Shown here piece after piece: positions 1-10,044 of a stretch of 64,000 bases of DNA (position 1 is the stretch's first letter; each line of letters opens with the position of its first letter). Origin of the DNA: Nitrospirota bacterium (GTDB lineage Bacteria > Nitrospirota > Nitrospiria > 2-01-FULL-66-17); contig JBMOMC010000045.1 of the NCBI GenBank assembly GCA_049325335.1, positions 82,032-146,031 of the forward strand, in the 5' to 3' direction. The notes under the pieces are model-generated. The model ran no database searches and had not been told where the DNA came from. It worked only from the letters and a program-made list of their open reading frames with translations. A program made the position numbers and the translations under genes.

Positions 1-679
1 TATCCCATCGATCGACCACGAGCCGCGACACACACTCTCGCGTTCTGAAAAGCTTTCGCTAGAACGTCAGAGCATCGATGTCTTTCGTTCAACGGCGAAG
101 TTCTTCGCACATCCAGGCGAACAGGGCGCTTTGACTGATGACTTTATTGCATTGATGGTGTTGCGACACTATGGAGTACCAACCCGGCTTCTCGATTGGA
201 CCATGTCTCCCTATGTAGCAGCGTATTTCGCTGCTTGCAGTCGCGACACGGAAGACGGCGAGATTTGGAGTTTTGACGAACCTTTTTATGAGCAAGAGGG
301 AAAGAAACAATGGGTTCGGTGGCCGGAGACAACGACTGATGGTACCGGCGGCGATTCCAAGTTCGCTGCCGGGCTGACGGCCTTTACTCTACATGAGCCA
401 CCCGATTGGTTCATCTGCGCTTTCTACCCCGGAGGTTTCCCCCGTCAACTTGCTCAGGTCGGTGCCTATACTACCACCGCCCGGTTCGGTCAAGACCATA
501 CCATTGCTATTGCTAACCTACTGTCCGACCCGGCTCGCTACCACCTTTACATCATCAGTGCCAGACTGAAGCAAAAACTACGAACAAACTTACGCGAGAG
601 CCACGGTATTTGGCGCGGATCACTTTTCCCGGATTCTGCCGGAGCTGCTGCCACTGCGGCAACAGGGTTCGAACAGTAG
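1..679 (+). CDS. FRG domain protein (5' end outside the window)
   Basis: Frame is open from position 2 (IPSIDHEPR...). Motif LRHYGVPTRLLDWTMSPYVAAYFA matches the FRG signature QHYGxPTRLLDW, with R in place of Q. Confidence 0.85.
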   Translation, partial: IPSIDHEPRHTLSRSEKLSLERQSIDVFRSTAKFFAHPGEQGALTDDFIALMVLRHYGVPTRLLDWTMSPYVAAYFAACSRDTEDGEIWSFDEPFYEQEGKKQWVRWPETTTDGTGGDSKFAAGLTAFTLHEPPDWFICAFYPGGFPRQLAQVGAYTTTARFGQDHTIAIANLLSDPARYHLYIISARLKQKLRTNLRESHGIWRGSLFPDSAGAAATAATGFEQ

Positions 680-682
680 GTT

Positions 683-1513
683 ATGCCCAATATGGGTAAC
701 GAATCCCCTCTTCCAAGTCCCCTCGCCACTCCCCAGCCCTGGAGCCTGGTGGCGGACGCGTATACCGCGGAGTTGTTGTCGCAGTTCGAATTATTCGCTC
801 GCGACGCGCTGCGGCTTGCCGAGTTGCCGAGGTCGCCGCGCATCGTGGACGTGGCCACGGGGCCGGGAACGCTGGCGTTGATTGCGGCTCAAGATCATGG
901 CGCGCAGGTCAGCGCCATCGACTTCTCTCCCGTCATGATCGAGCATCTGCAACGGCGGGCCAAGCAAGTCCGGCTCGCTTCCATCGACGTGCGAGTGGGC
1001 GACGGCCAGGCGCTCCCATTTGCCGATGACGCCTATGACGGCGCGTTCTCCATGTTCGGTCTGATGTTCTTCCCAGACCGCGCGGCCGGGTTCCGCGAGC
1101 TGCGTCGTGTGCTGCGGCCTGGGCGGCGAGCGGTGGTGGGCAGTTGGGCCCCGCTCGACGGCGCGTTCGCCCTTGTCATGGACGGGATTCGCGCCATGCT
1201 ACCCGATTTGCCGTTCGGCGACGGCAAGGGGCCGTTGAGTGACCCGGAGGAGTTCAGGGCAGAGATGACGGCGGCGGGATTCCGCGACGCAACGGTCCAC
1301 ACGGTCACGCATCCGTTCTCCATCCCCTCGTTGACCGAGTTCTGGGGCGTGGTGCAGCGCACCACGGCTCCGGTCGTGCTCCTGCGCCGCAAGCTGGGCG
1401 AGGAGCGCTGGGCCGACGTCGGGCGCGGAGTGTTCGATCGACTGCGCAGCGCGCTGGGCGACGGCCCGGTTACGGTTTCCGGCGTGGCGCGCTTGGGCGT
1501 TGGCGTGAAGTAA
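683..1513 (+). CDS. Class I SAM-dependent methyltransferase (UbiE-like)
   Basis: Motifs IVDVATGPG, IDFSPVM, GDGQALPFADDAYD and RVLRPG. The start may be 692. Confidence 0.9.
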   Translation: MPNMGNESPLPSPLATPQPWSLVADAYTAELLSQFELFARDALRLAELPRSPRIVDVATGPGTLALIAAQDHGAQVSAIDFSPVMIEHLQRRAKQVRLASIDVRVGDGQALPFADDAYDGAFSMFGLMFFPDRAAGFRELRRVLRPGRRAVVGSWAPLDGAFALVMDGIRAMLPDLPFGDGKGPLSDPEEFRAEMTAAGFRDATVHTVTHPFSIPSLTEFWGVVQRTTAPVVLLRRKLGEERWADVGRGVFDRLRSALGDGPVTVSGVARLGVGVK

Positions 1514-1545
1514 GGCGTCAGGCGCCCACTACGCACGAAACCTCT

Positions 1546-2229
1546 ATGTCCTGGCGCGATTCGATTCGGCAACTCAGTCCGCGATCTGAGTTTCTGATCG
1601 TCATCGGTTCGACCTTCGGGATCAACTTCGTACTCTTTCTCGCAGGCCTCGCGCAGCAAGACATCCCGCATCAGATCGAGTTCAACGACGCGCGCCTGCT
1701 CTGGCTCCTGACGTATGAAGTCATCGTCAGTACGTTGCTCGTAGGGTTTCTGTACGTGCGAGGCTCGCGGCCGGCGGACTTTAATCTCCGGCTCACACGC
1801 CGAACCTTCGGAATGGCCGGGTTCTTGTTCGCGGGGTTCTATCTATATGGAATCGTCATGGGGGTGATCGCCAATGCGTTCGGCGTGTCGCACGTTTTCA
1901 CCCAGATTTCGTTCCAGGGTTCAGTCAGCCTCCCCGTCATCTTTTTGGTCTCGGTCATCAATCCGGTCTTCGAAGAGGTCCTGACCATCGCCTATGTTAT
2001 GAAGGCGCTCCGCCCGCACGGGGCGGCCTTTGCAATCGGAACCAGCGCGTGGCTCCGCCTCGTTGCGCACGCCTACCAAGGCCCGCTCGCCGCGGTGGTG
2101 GTGTTTCCCCTGGGAATCGCGTTCGGCATGGTTTACTGGCGCACGCGCGAGCTCTGGCCGTTGATCCTCACCCACGGGTTGATCGACCTCGTGGGCTTGC
2201 TGAGCATCCGGGCAGCCGGATCGTCCTAG
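1546..2229 (+). CDS. CPBP (CAAX/Abi) intramembrane metalloprotease
   Basis: Multi-TM protein with NPVFEE, HAYQG and HGLID motifs. Confidence 0.88.
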   Translation: MSWRDSIRQLSPRSEFLIVIGSTFGINFVLFLAGLAQQDIPHQIEFNDARLLWLLTYEVIVSTLLVGFLYVRGSRPADFNLRLTRRTFGMAGFLFAGFYLYGIVMGVIANAFGVSHVFTQISFQGSVSLPVIFLVSVINPVFEEVLTIAYVMKALRPHGAAFAIGTSAWLRLVAHAYQGPLAAVVVFPLGIAFGMVYWRTRELWPLILTHGLIDLVGLLSIRAAGSS

Positions 2230-3182
2230 CGTCTGCTCGGCTTTCGACGAGTCGATTGCCCCGCCACAGTTCCTTTGTTCGGGTACGCCTCTCGAATCGT
2301 CCCGGCAATTTCCTTGAGCGCCCTCCCGAGCGGAGAGGTCTTGCGCCACGCGAGCGCGATGGTTCGACACGGCGCGGGCTGCGCGAATGGACGGACGGCG
2401 AGGCCCGCGCGCCCAGCTTCCGTCGGGACGGCCAGCTCGGGCAGTAACGTGACTCCCCCACCGCCCGCCACCATCTGAGCCAATGTCGAGAGACTGGTGG
2501 CGCGGAACTCCAGTTCGCGGGCTTTGGCACTCGAACAGACCGCGAGCGCCTGGTCGCGGAAACAATGTCCGTCGTCCAAGAGCAACACGCTGGCCCCGCG
2601 GAGTTCCGACGGCGCGGCCGGCGATCGTTTGGCCCCAAGCGGGTGCCCGGGAGGCGTGGCCAGCACGAACGGATCGCGGGCCACCACTTCGCGTTCCATG
2701 TCCCCGATATCGGCCTCCAGCGCGAGGAGCGCCGCGTCCACCTTCCCGGCATCGAGCTGGCGCAGCAGCGTCTCGGTCTTGTCTTCCACCCAATGCACGG
2801 TCAATTTCGGATAACGCGATCGCAGCGCGGGAGTGATCCTCGGCAGGAGGTACGGCGAAATGGTCGGGATGACGCCCATCCGCAGCGTACCGGTCAAAGG
2901 GTCGCCCAGTTGTTTGGCGGCTGCCATTAGGTCGTCCGCTTCAATTAGGATCTGCCGAGCGCGCCTGACCAGTTCGTTCCCCGCTTCAGTGGGAAACACT
3001 CGTTTGCAATTGCGCTCGAACAGACGCACACCCAACGCGGATTCGAGCTGGGCGAGCTGCGCGCTCAGGGAGGGCTGGGAGACGTGGCACTGCTCCGCAG
3101 CTTGGCGGAAACTTAGCGTCTCCGCCACCGCCACCGCGTATTGGAGTTGCCGCAGGGTATAGGGATGGGACCCTAGCTTCAT
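2226..3182 (-). CDS. oxyR: LysR-family H2O2 sensor OxyR
   Basis: LysR HTH (TLRQLQY...SQPSLS); LLLDDGHCFRDQALAVC carries both redox cysteines; divergent from katG. Confidence 0.92.
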   Translation of the reverse strand: MKLGSHPYTLRQLQYAVAVAETLSFRQAAEQCHVSQPSLSAQLAQLESALGVRLFERNCKRVFPTEAGNELVRRARQILIEADDLMAAAKQLGDPLTGTLRMGVIPTISPYLLPRITPALRSRYPKLTVHWVEDKTETLLRQLDAGKVDAALLALEADIGDMEREVVARDPFVLATPPGHPLGAKRSPAAPSELRGASVLLLDDGHCFRDQALAVCSSAKARELEFRATSLSTLAQMVAGGGGVTLLPELAVPTEAGRAGLAVRPFAQPAPCRTIALAWRKTSPLGRALKEIAGTIREAYPNKGTVAGQSTRRKPSRR

Positions 3183-3217
3183 AGCTACAGACTATCACAT
3201 CTATCGAAACGATGTCT
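3181..3217. promoter_or_regulatory. OxyR operator
   Basis: ATAG-N7-CTAT-N7-ATCG-N7-GTCT versus consensus ATAG-N7-CTAT-N7-ATAG-N7-CTAT; lies between oxyR and katG and overlaps the oxyR start. Confidence 0.75.
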
Positions 3218-3259
3218 TAGACCTTTCATGAGGTTTCCCGCATAGTGGGCACAACATGA

Positions 3260-5479
<2,220 letters not shown>

Positions 5480-5493
5480 TCGGAACCCCTGCC

Positions 5494-5520
5494 GGGGCCG
5501 CTCGGGTACCGGGCGGCCCC
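5494..5520 (+). terminator. GC-rich hairpin after katG (no U-tract)
   Basis: GGGGCCGCTCGG-GTA-CCGGGCGGCCCC. Confidence 0.45.
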
Positions 5521-5543
5521 GACGGGAATGGAGAGATCCCGTC

Positions 5544-5833
5544 ATGCACTATTGGGGATTCGACCTCCTCCGGCTCTCTTCGTATCCCGACACCCAGCGG
5601 AACCGGCTCGGCCCCAATTACGCGCAGATCCCGGGCAACTGCCCGTTCTCGACAAAAGCCATTAACGATCAGCGCGACGGGTTGATGCGCGTAGACGGCA
5701 ACGGCATGAACGCACCCAATTACTCGCCCAACAGCCGTGGCAGGCCGGTCGCGACATCCAGCGGCGGCAACTGCACCACGTCCTCAACGCCGACATCGAA
5801 TACGGCACGCGGATCGCGAACGCCCTCGACCTG
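5544..5833 (+). pseudogene. Relic of a monofunctional heme catalase (KatA/KatE type)
   Basis: [26 protein letters not shown]...[11 protein letters not shown]...PNYSPNS matches the proximal heme-Tyr region. In another frame from 5750, [28 protein letters not shown] matches the catalase C-terminal helix. The N-terminal part is absent. Confidence 0.8.
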
Positions 5834-5871
5834 CGCCCCTCCGACCCGCCATCTCCGCCGCCAACCGGCCG

Positions 5872-6687
5872 TCAGCCCGATCGCCTTCCGTGTTTCCATC
5901 CCGACAGTACACACCGCTGAGCTGTCAGGGGTGTGAAACTCGCAATGTCGTGGGACACCTGTTTCATAACGTCTTCCGCGACGCGCGGATCGTCGAAACA
6001 GTCATACACGTCGTCGAGAAAACCTCCCCGAAGGATCGGATGACGAAGAAACGCCTGGCCGGGGCCGGTGGGAATTTCCAAGGGCCACTCGGTCACGTCA
6101 ATCCGTTCGAGCCCCAGCATGTCGAGCCACGCCCGGCCTTCGTCCGCGGACGGCCGTTCCGCCACATACGCATCAAGGGATTGTCGCTCCGCGCTGAGAC
6201 CGCGCGCGGCCAGTTCCCGGTCGATTCTCCGCCAGAGTAGATCAAACGTGCCGCGGGACGGGAAGGTCAGGACCAGTTGACCGCCGGGATTGAGATGGTT
6301 GACCAGTCCTCGGATCGTGTTGAACCGGTTCGGACGAAAAAACAACACCGAGAGATTGCCGGTGATGCGATCAACGTTCGGGACGCGCGAGGGCAGAAAC
6401 CGCATGTCCAGGCACTCGAAACGCAGCCACGGAAGATGTTGGCGTTGCACCTCCCGAGCGCAAGCGACCTTGTGCTCGCTCACGTCGATCCCCAGCACCT
6501 CCCCGGCCGGCCCCACCTGCTCCGCCAGATAGAACGCGGGGATACCCCGGCCGCACGCCACATCCAGGACCGTCGCTCCCGGATAGAGATCCAGATGGTG
6601 GAGCAATACCTCGGCAAACGGCCTGGACCAATGGTCCTGCTCGGGAAGCGGCCAGCGTAACACCCTGTCACGTTCCGAGGCGATCAT
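5872..6687 (-). CDS. Class I SAM-dependent methyltransferase
   Basis: Motifs [15 protein letters not shown] and LNPGG. Confidence 0.88.
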   Translation of the reverse strand: MIASERDRVLRWPLPEQDHWSRPFAEVLLHHLDLYPGATVLDVACGRGIPAFYLAEQVGPAGEVLGIDVSEHKVACAREVQRQHLPWLRFECLDMRFLPSRVPNVDRITGNLSVLFFRPNRFNTIRGLVNHLNPGGQLVLTFPSRGTFDLLWRRIDRELAARGLSAERQSLDAYVAERPSADEGRAWLDMLGLERIDVTEWPLEIPTGPGQAFLRHPILRGGFLDDVYDCFDDPRVAEDVMKQVSHDIASFTPLTAQRCVLSGWKHGRRSG

Positions 6688-6724
6688 GCCGCCGACGCGC
6701 GGGGCGTCTTCGGCGACCCCTCAT

Positions 6725-6754
6725 GCCCCTGCTCCGCGAGCGCGGGGCAGGGGC
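6725..6754 (-). terminator. Stem-loop after the 47-aa ORF
   Basis: GCCCCTGCTCCGCG-AG-CGCGGGGCAGGGGC; no U-tract. Confidence 0.45.
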
Positions 6755-6775
6755 GTGTCCCGGCCGGATGATGCA

Positions 6776-6919
6776 TCAGGCCGACGCGTGTAAGGAGGCC
6801 TTCAAATCCTGTACGGCCTTCGCCACGTCTCCCTCCGTGGACCCGAACCGGTCGCTCATCACCTTGATGGCCTGATTGATGGCCTTTGTCATTTTCGCGA
6901 TGTGTTCTTCCGGTGTCAC
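6776..6919 (-). CDS. Small helical protein, 47 aa (not in ORF track)
   Basis: AGGAGGA RBS before GTG; MTPEEHIAKMTKAINQAIKVMSDRFGSTEGDVAKAVQDLKASLHASA. Confidence 0.65.
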   Translation of the reverse strand: MTPEEHIAKMTKAINQAIKVMSDRFGSTEGDVAKAVQDLKASLHASA

Positions 6920-7012
6920 GATATTCCTCCTGAACGCGCCGCCTCCCGCTCGTTGCCAATAACAACAGACGACCGCGGACCACTACTGATGAACGATGCT
7001 CGACGAGGACGC

Positions 7013-7111
7013 TTAGCCCCGCTTCTTACTCACGGATCCCCACATGGCCAAACCCAACGTCAGACACAACACCCCGACCAACCCCACGATACCGCTCCAC
7101 GCAAGATACAT
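7013..7111 (-). CDS. Small single-pass membrane peptide, 32 aa (not in ORF track)
   Basis: GAGAGG RBS; MYLAWSGIVGLVGVLCLTLGLAMWGSVSKKRG is a hydrophobic helix with a basic tail. Confidence 0.55.
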   Translation of the reverse strand: MYLAWSGIVGLVGVLCLTLGLAMWGSVSKKRG

Positions 7112-7185
7112 TCCGCCTCTCTCTCCCTCGTCACGAGGATCAATCCTTCCTGAGCCCGATACAAGACAACCGGGCCCTCACCTGA

Positions 7186-7347
7186 TCAGGAGACGACCCG
7201 CACTCCAGCGAGAAACAGTTGCCCGCAGACCGTACATACGGTCTTTCCCGTGTCTTTCCCCATAAAAAACTCAGACTCCTTAGTGGGATGCTTACACGGC
7301 TTGGTTCCCCATGCCTCTCGCGTCACTACGGCTTTGTTAAAGTCCAT
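7186..7347 (-). CDS. Small putative zinc-ribbon protein, 53 aa (not in ORF track)
   Basis: AAGGAGG RBS; MDFNKAVVTREAWGTKPCKHPTKESEFFMGKDTGKTVCTVCGQLFLAGVRVVS has CxH...CxxC. Confidence 0.7.
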   Translation of the reverse strand: MDFNKAVVTREAWGTKPCKHPTKESEFFMGKDTGKTVCTVCGQLFLAGVRVVS

Positions 7348-7886
7348 ACCGCCTCCTTGATAAAGTGTAGGTGCTCATGTCCTTCACACGGCCATCACCC
7401 CCAACATGCGCGACTCCTTCCAACATGTCGGGCTCGAAAGGGAAAATCCCCTCGTTCACTGCGCTCTCCCCGGCAGACCGCTGACGGGTCTCCCCTGGGC
7501 GGATCAGTGCAATGGTCACACGACGGTTGCCGTTCGTGTGCAGGAAACAACTACAGGGACTTCGGCGTAGAAGCGGCGGAGACTGGGGAATCGGTCGCGC
7601 GAAGGAGAACTGCCAGCGCGAAGGATAGGACAGCCAGCGAGGCTAGAACGTCATGGGCCGATAGTACGCTGATTGGGAGACGCGGTCAAGCGCGATGGCT
7701 GAAGCTGGGAAGTGGGACTGAAATTGCTCACCAATTTAGCGCCTCTGAAGCCCCTGCGTCAAGGCATGGGGACGGCCCAAGCATGTAGATGGTCCATAAC
7801 TTGCGGCCGATACAACCCAGAACGTGTGGAATGCGGCGTTGTCGATTGTACAGTTTTTTGTTTACTTGGGACCGTCCCCAACCTTT

Positions 7887-7953
7887 CCTGAACGGCAGGC
7901 ATCAGCCGCGCGAGCCGCCTGCGGCGAAGCGTCGGCTGCATGCGGTGCTGGGC
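7887..7953 (-). mobile_element. Degenerate integron attC site
   Basis: Minus strand GCCCAGC-acc-GCATGCAGCCGAC...CGGCTGATGC-ctgcc-GTTCAGG: paired L boxes with an extra G and an extra A, and imperfect R boxes. Confidence 0.65.
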
Positions 7954-7971
7954 CGCCCCACACCACGTGGA

Positions 7972-8095
7972 TTGAAGATTCCCTGCAGCAAGCTGCAGGG
8001 AATCTTCGAAGTGCAAGCAGGTAAAAGAGCACGGCTTCCATGTTGCTCGCTTACCCGTAGCAAGCTGCGGGGAATGCGCTCGCAATGCACTTTCA
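7972..8095. mobile_element. Palindromic MITE/REP-like element
   Basis: Perfect 16-bp hairpin GAAGATTCCCTGCAGC-AA-GCTGCAGGGAATCTTC (7974-8007) and a related hairpin at 8051-8074, sharing the core AGCAAGCTGC. Confidence 0.6.
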
Positions 8096-8566
8096 GGCTC
8101 CAGGCTTCGGGTGGGCTGGATCAATCCAGTTCACCTGTTCAGGGCGCTCCACGACCCGAATATCCAGATTGACCACAATCGGCTCCTGATCGCTGCGCAC
8201 CACCACACATTCCAAGGGCTGATCCGCTTGGGCGTTCATTTCTTGATGCGGCACAAACGGCGGCACGAAGATGAAATCCCCTGGCCCCGCCTCGGCCCAA
8301 TACTCCAACTGCTCCCCCCAACGCATGCGGGCACGACCGCGCACGACATAAATAATGCTTTCTAATGCCCCGTGGTGATGCGGTCCGGTTTTCGCATTCG
8401 GCTGGATAGTCACCGTGCCGGCCCAGAGCTTGTGGGCCCCCGCGCGGGCCGAGTTGATCGCTGCGGCACGGTTCATGCCCGGCGTTTGGGGCGTGTGGAA
8501 GTTGAGTTGGTCGCTGCGAATAATGCGGACGCCATTCTCACGCCAGGGTGGTTTCGAGTCTGACAT
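8093..8566 (-). CDS. RmlC-like cupin protein
   Basis: Cupin motifs TGPHHHGALESIIYVVRG and GPGDFIFVPPFVPHQE; RBS AAGGAG. Confidence 0.9.
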   Translation of the reverse strand: MSDSKPPWRENGVRIIRSDQLNFHTPQTPGMNRAAAINSARAGAHKLWAGTVTIQPNAKTGPHHHGALESIIYVVRGRARMRWGEQLEYWAEAGPGDFIFVPPFVPHQEMNAQADQPLECVVVRSDQEPIVVNLDIRVVERPEQVNWIDPAHPKPGA

Positions 8567-8634
8567 ACATCTGCTCCTTACCTAGATAGTCCGCCGACTC
8601 CCTTGAGCCAGTCGCACTCGATATGGTCTGTGCC

Positions 8635-8700
8635 GCCCAACGCCCAGCGCTGAGCGGCGCGCCTGCTCCTAGCGCATCCGCCTCCGGCGCCGTAGTAGGC
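8635..8700 (-). mobile_element. Degenerate integron attC site
   Basis: Starts 5 bp after the stop of the 140-aa ORF. Minus strand GCCTACT...GCGCCGGAGGCGGAT...GCCGCTCAGCGC-tgggc-GTTGGGC, with a canonical GTTRRRY core. Confidence 0.7.
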
Positions 8701-8705
8701 GAAGG

Positions 8706-9128
8706 TCAATTCATCCGGATAACCACCTTTTCCACGAGCTTGCCATCTCGAAAAACAGCATATCCCTCCCTCCCGAACATGGCGGTCCAAGAAACCGGCG
8801 AAGATTCATAGAAATAGATCTTGTCATTCAGTTTTATTGGGAACCGGCTTCCAGAGCGTTCACGGAATTCCATCTCGCCGACGCTGTGTTTGATCCAACT
8901 GATAATCAGGTCTGTTTCGGAGTCGGCAGAAAGCGTAAAGAGGGGTGCCGTCACGTCATCCGGTTTGAAGAACTTTCTGATATAGACATCATGAGCGTGA
9001 GACACCGCCATCATTGCCATATTTCGTGTAACGTACTCGCACCGCGCGCGTTCCTGTTCGTATGTAGGAGTCGAACGTAGCGAATGATCTGTATGACCTT
9101 GCTTGAGCATGTCGTAGTCAGTAAGCAT
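8706..9128 (-). CDS. Hypothetical protein, probable gene-cassette ORF
   Basis: AT-richer than its flanks; C-terminus SSPVSWTAMFGREGYAVFRDGKLVEKVVIRMN; followed directly by attC. Confidence 0.6.
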   Translation of the reverse strand: MLTDYDMLKQGHTDHSLRSTPTYEQERARCEYVTRNMAMMAVSHAHDVYIRKFFKPDDVTAPLFTLSADSETDLIISWIKHSVGEMEFRERSGSRFPIKLNDKIYFYESSPVSWTAMFGREGYAVFRDGKLVEKVVIRMN

Positions 9129-9163
9129 TTCTTTTCGAAACTATTTGCTGACATCCGCGAGAA

Positions 9164-9258
9164 GAGGTAGCCCCGATTTCCTGGACAGGTGGTTAAGCAC
9201 ACGCGCCTCGGCGTTCATACTGCTCCGGAGTCTGATAGTCGAGAGTGGCGTGCACGCG
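9164..9258 (-). mobile_element. IS3-family right-end remnant
   Basis: 95 bp matching 63796-63890 with 4 mismatches; contains the terminal IR and the last transposase codons. The terminal T is replaced by A. Confidence 0.85.
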
Positions 9259-9276
9259 ACGGAGCGCGCCGCTTGC

Positions 9277-9765
9277 TTACGGTTGCTGACGGTCGCGCTC
9301 TTCGCGCAACGCTTCGAGTTCCGCGATGGCCTCCAGATCTTTGGGCCGACCGGCCGCCCGCTTCACCCGGATCAGCGGATCGAGATCGAGACACCGACAC
9401 GACACACCGAATACTTCGACTTCGATCGAGTCTGGGAGCACGTCAGCGTACATCCCCCCACCGGCGATTTCACCCAAGAGGTCCAAGCTACCCAGCGTGG
9501 TCGTCAGCGTGAAGTTCAGTCCGCGGCGGAGCGTCTCGACATCCCAACGAAACGGCAAGCCGGGAGGAGCTCCACGGAGATAGGGGGCGAACGGCGTCAG
9601 CGCCGCGACAAGCCGCGTCATGTTCTGCGGCGTGCGGGCGTAAACAATGTCCACGTCTCTGGTGAGCCGGGCCGACCCGTGGGCCGTGGCGGCCAGCCCT
9701 CCCACCAATACGAACTCGACGCCGGCATCGCGTAACAGGGTGAGGATGGCCTTAAGATCGGTCAT
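9277..9765 (-). CDS. Pol-beta superfamily nucleotidyltransferase (AbiEii/DUF6036-like), putative toxin
   Basis: Motifs FVLVGGLA, RLTRDVD and KRAAGRPKD. Confidence 0.8.
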   Translation of the reverse strand: MTDLKAILTLLRDAGVEFVLVGGLAATAHGSARLTRDVDIVYARTPQNMTRLVAALTPFAPYLRGAPPGLPFRWDVETLRRGLNFTLTTTLGSLDLLGEIAGGGMYADVLPDSIEVEVFGVSCRCLDLDPLIRVKRAAGRPKDLEAIAELEALREERDRQQP

Positions 9766-9946
9766 GCCGCGCGACGGCTCCGGCGCGTTGTAGTTCCTCC
9801 GCCGCGTGTTGAAGGGCCATCAATTCCAGGAACCGCTCTTCAACCGTCAGCTTGAGGTTTTCGCGCAGCAGGGTCCGATCTACGTCCTTCTTGTACGCCT
9901 CGATCACCGGGTCGGGATCAAGGGAAATGTCGTATCGTGGATTCAT
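9752..9946 (-). CDS. Small partner protein, putative antitoxin
   Basis: 64 aa (DPVIEAYKKDVDRTLLRENLKLTVEERF); overlaps the nucleotidyltransferase start. Confidence 0.7.
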   Translation of the reverse strand: MNPRYDISLDPDPVIEAYKKDVDRTLLRENLKLTVEERFLELMALQHAAEELQRAGAVARHDRS

Positions 9947-9969
9947 CGTCGTGTCAGGGTCGGCAAGGC

Positions 9970-9999
9970 ATCATACCGCAGACCCAAGGACGCGGACAA
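9970..9999 (-). promoter_or_regulatory. Possible sigma70 promoter of the two-gene unit
   Basis: TTGTCC-N18-TATGAT on the minus strand. Confidence 0.4.
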
Positions 10000-10044
10000 G
10001 CCAACGGAGTGTTCCCTCCGCAGCATGCGCCCGTTTCTGACGAA

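Noticed and set aside
7186..7188. Selenocysteine readthrough of the zinc-ribbon ORF's TGA
   Set aside because: No recognisable SECIS, and the downstream frame is not protein-like.
7366..7405. Fluoride-riboswitch-like GGTGATGG...CACCTAC on the minus strand
   Set aside because: No P1 complement and no AACYGC/GCTGATG stem.
7713..7728. Sigma54-like TGGGAC-N5-TTGCT
   Set aside because: Imperfect match with no credible downstream plus-strand gene.
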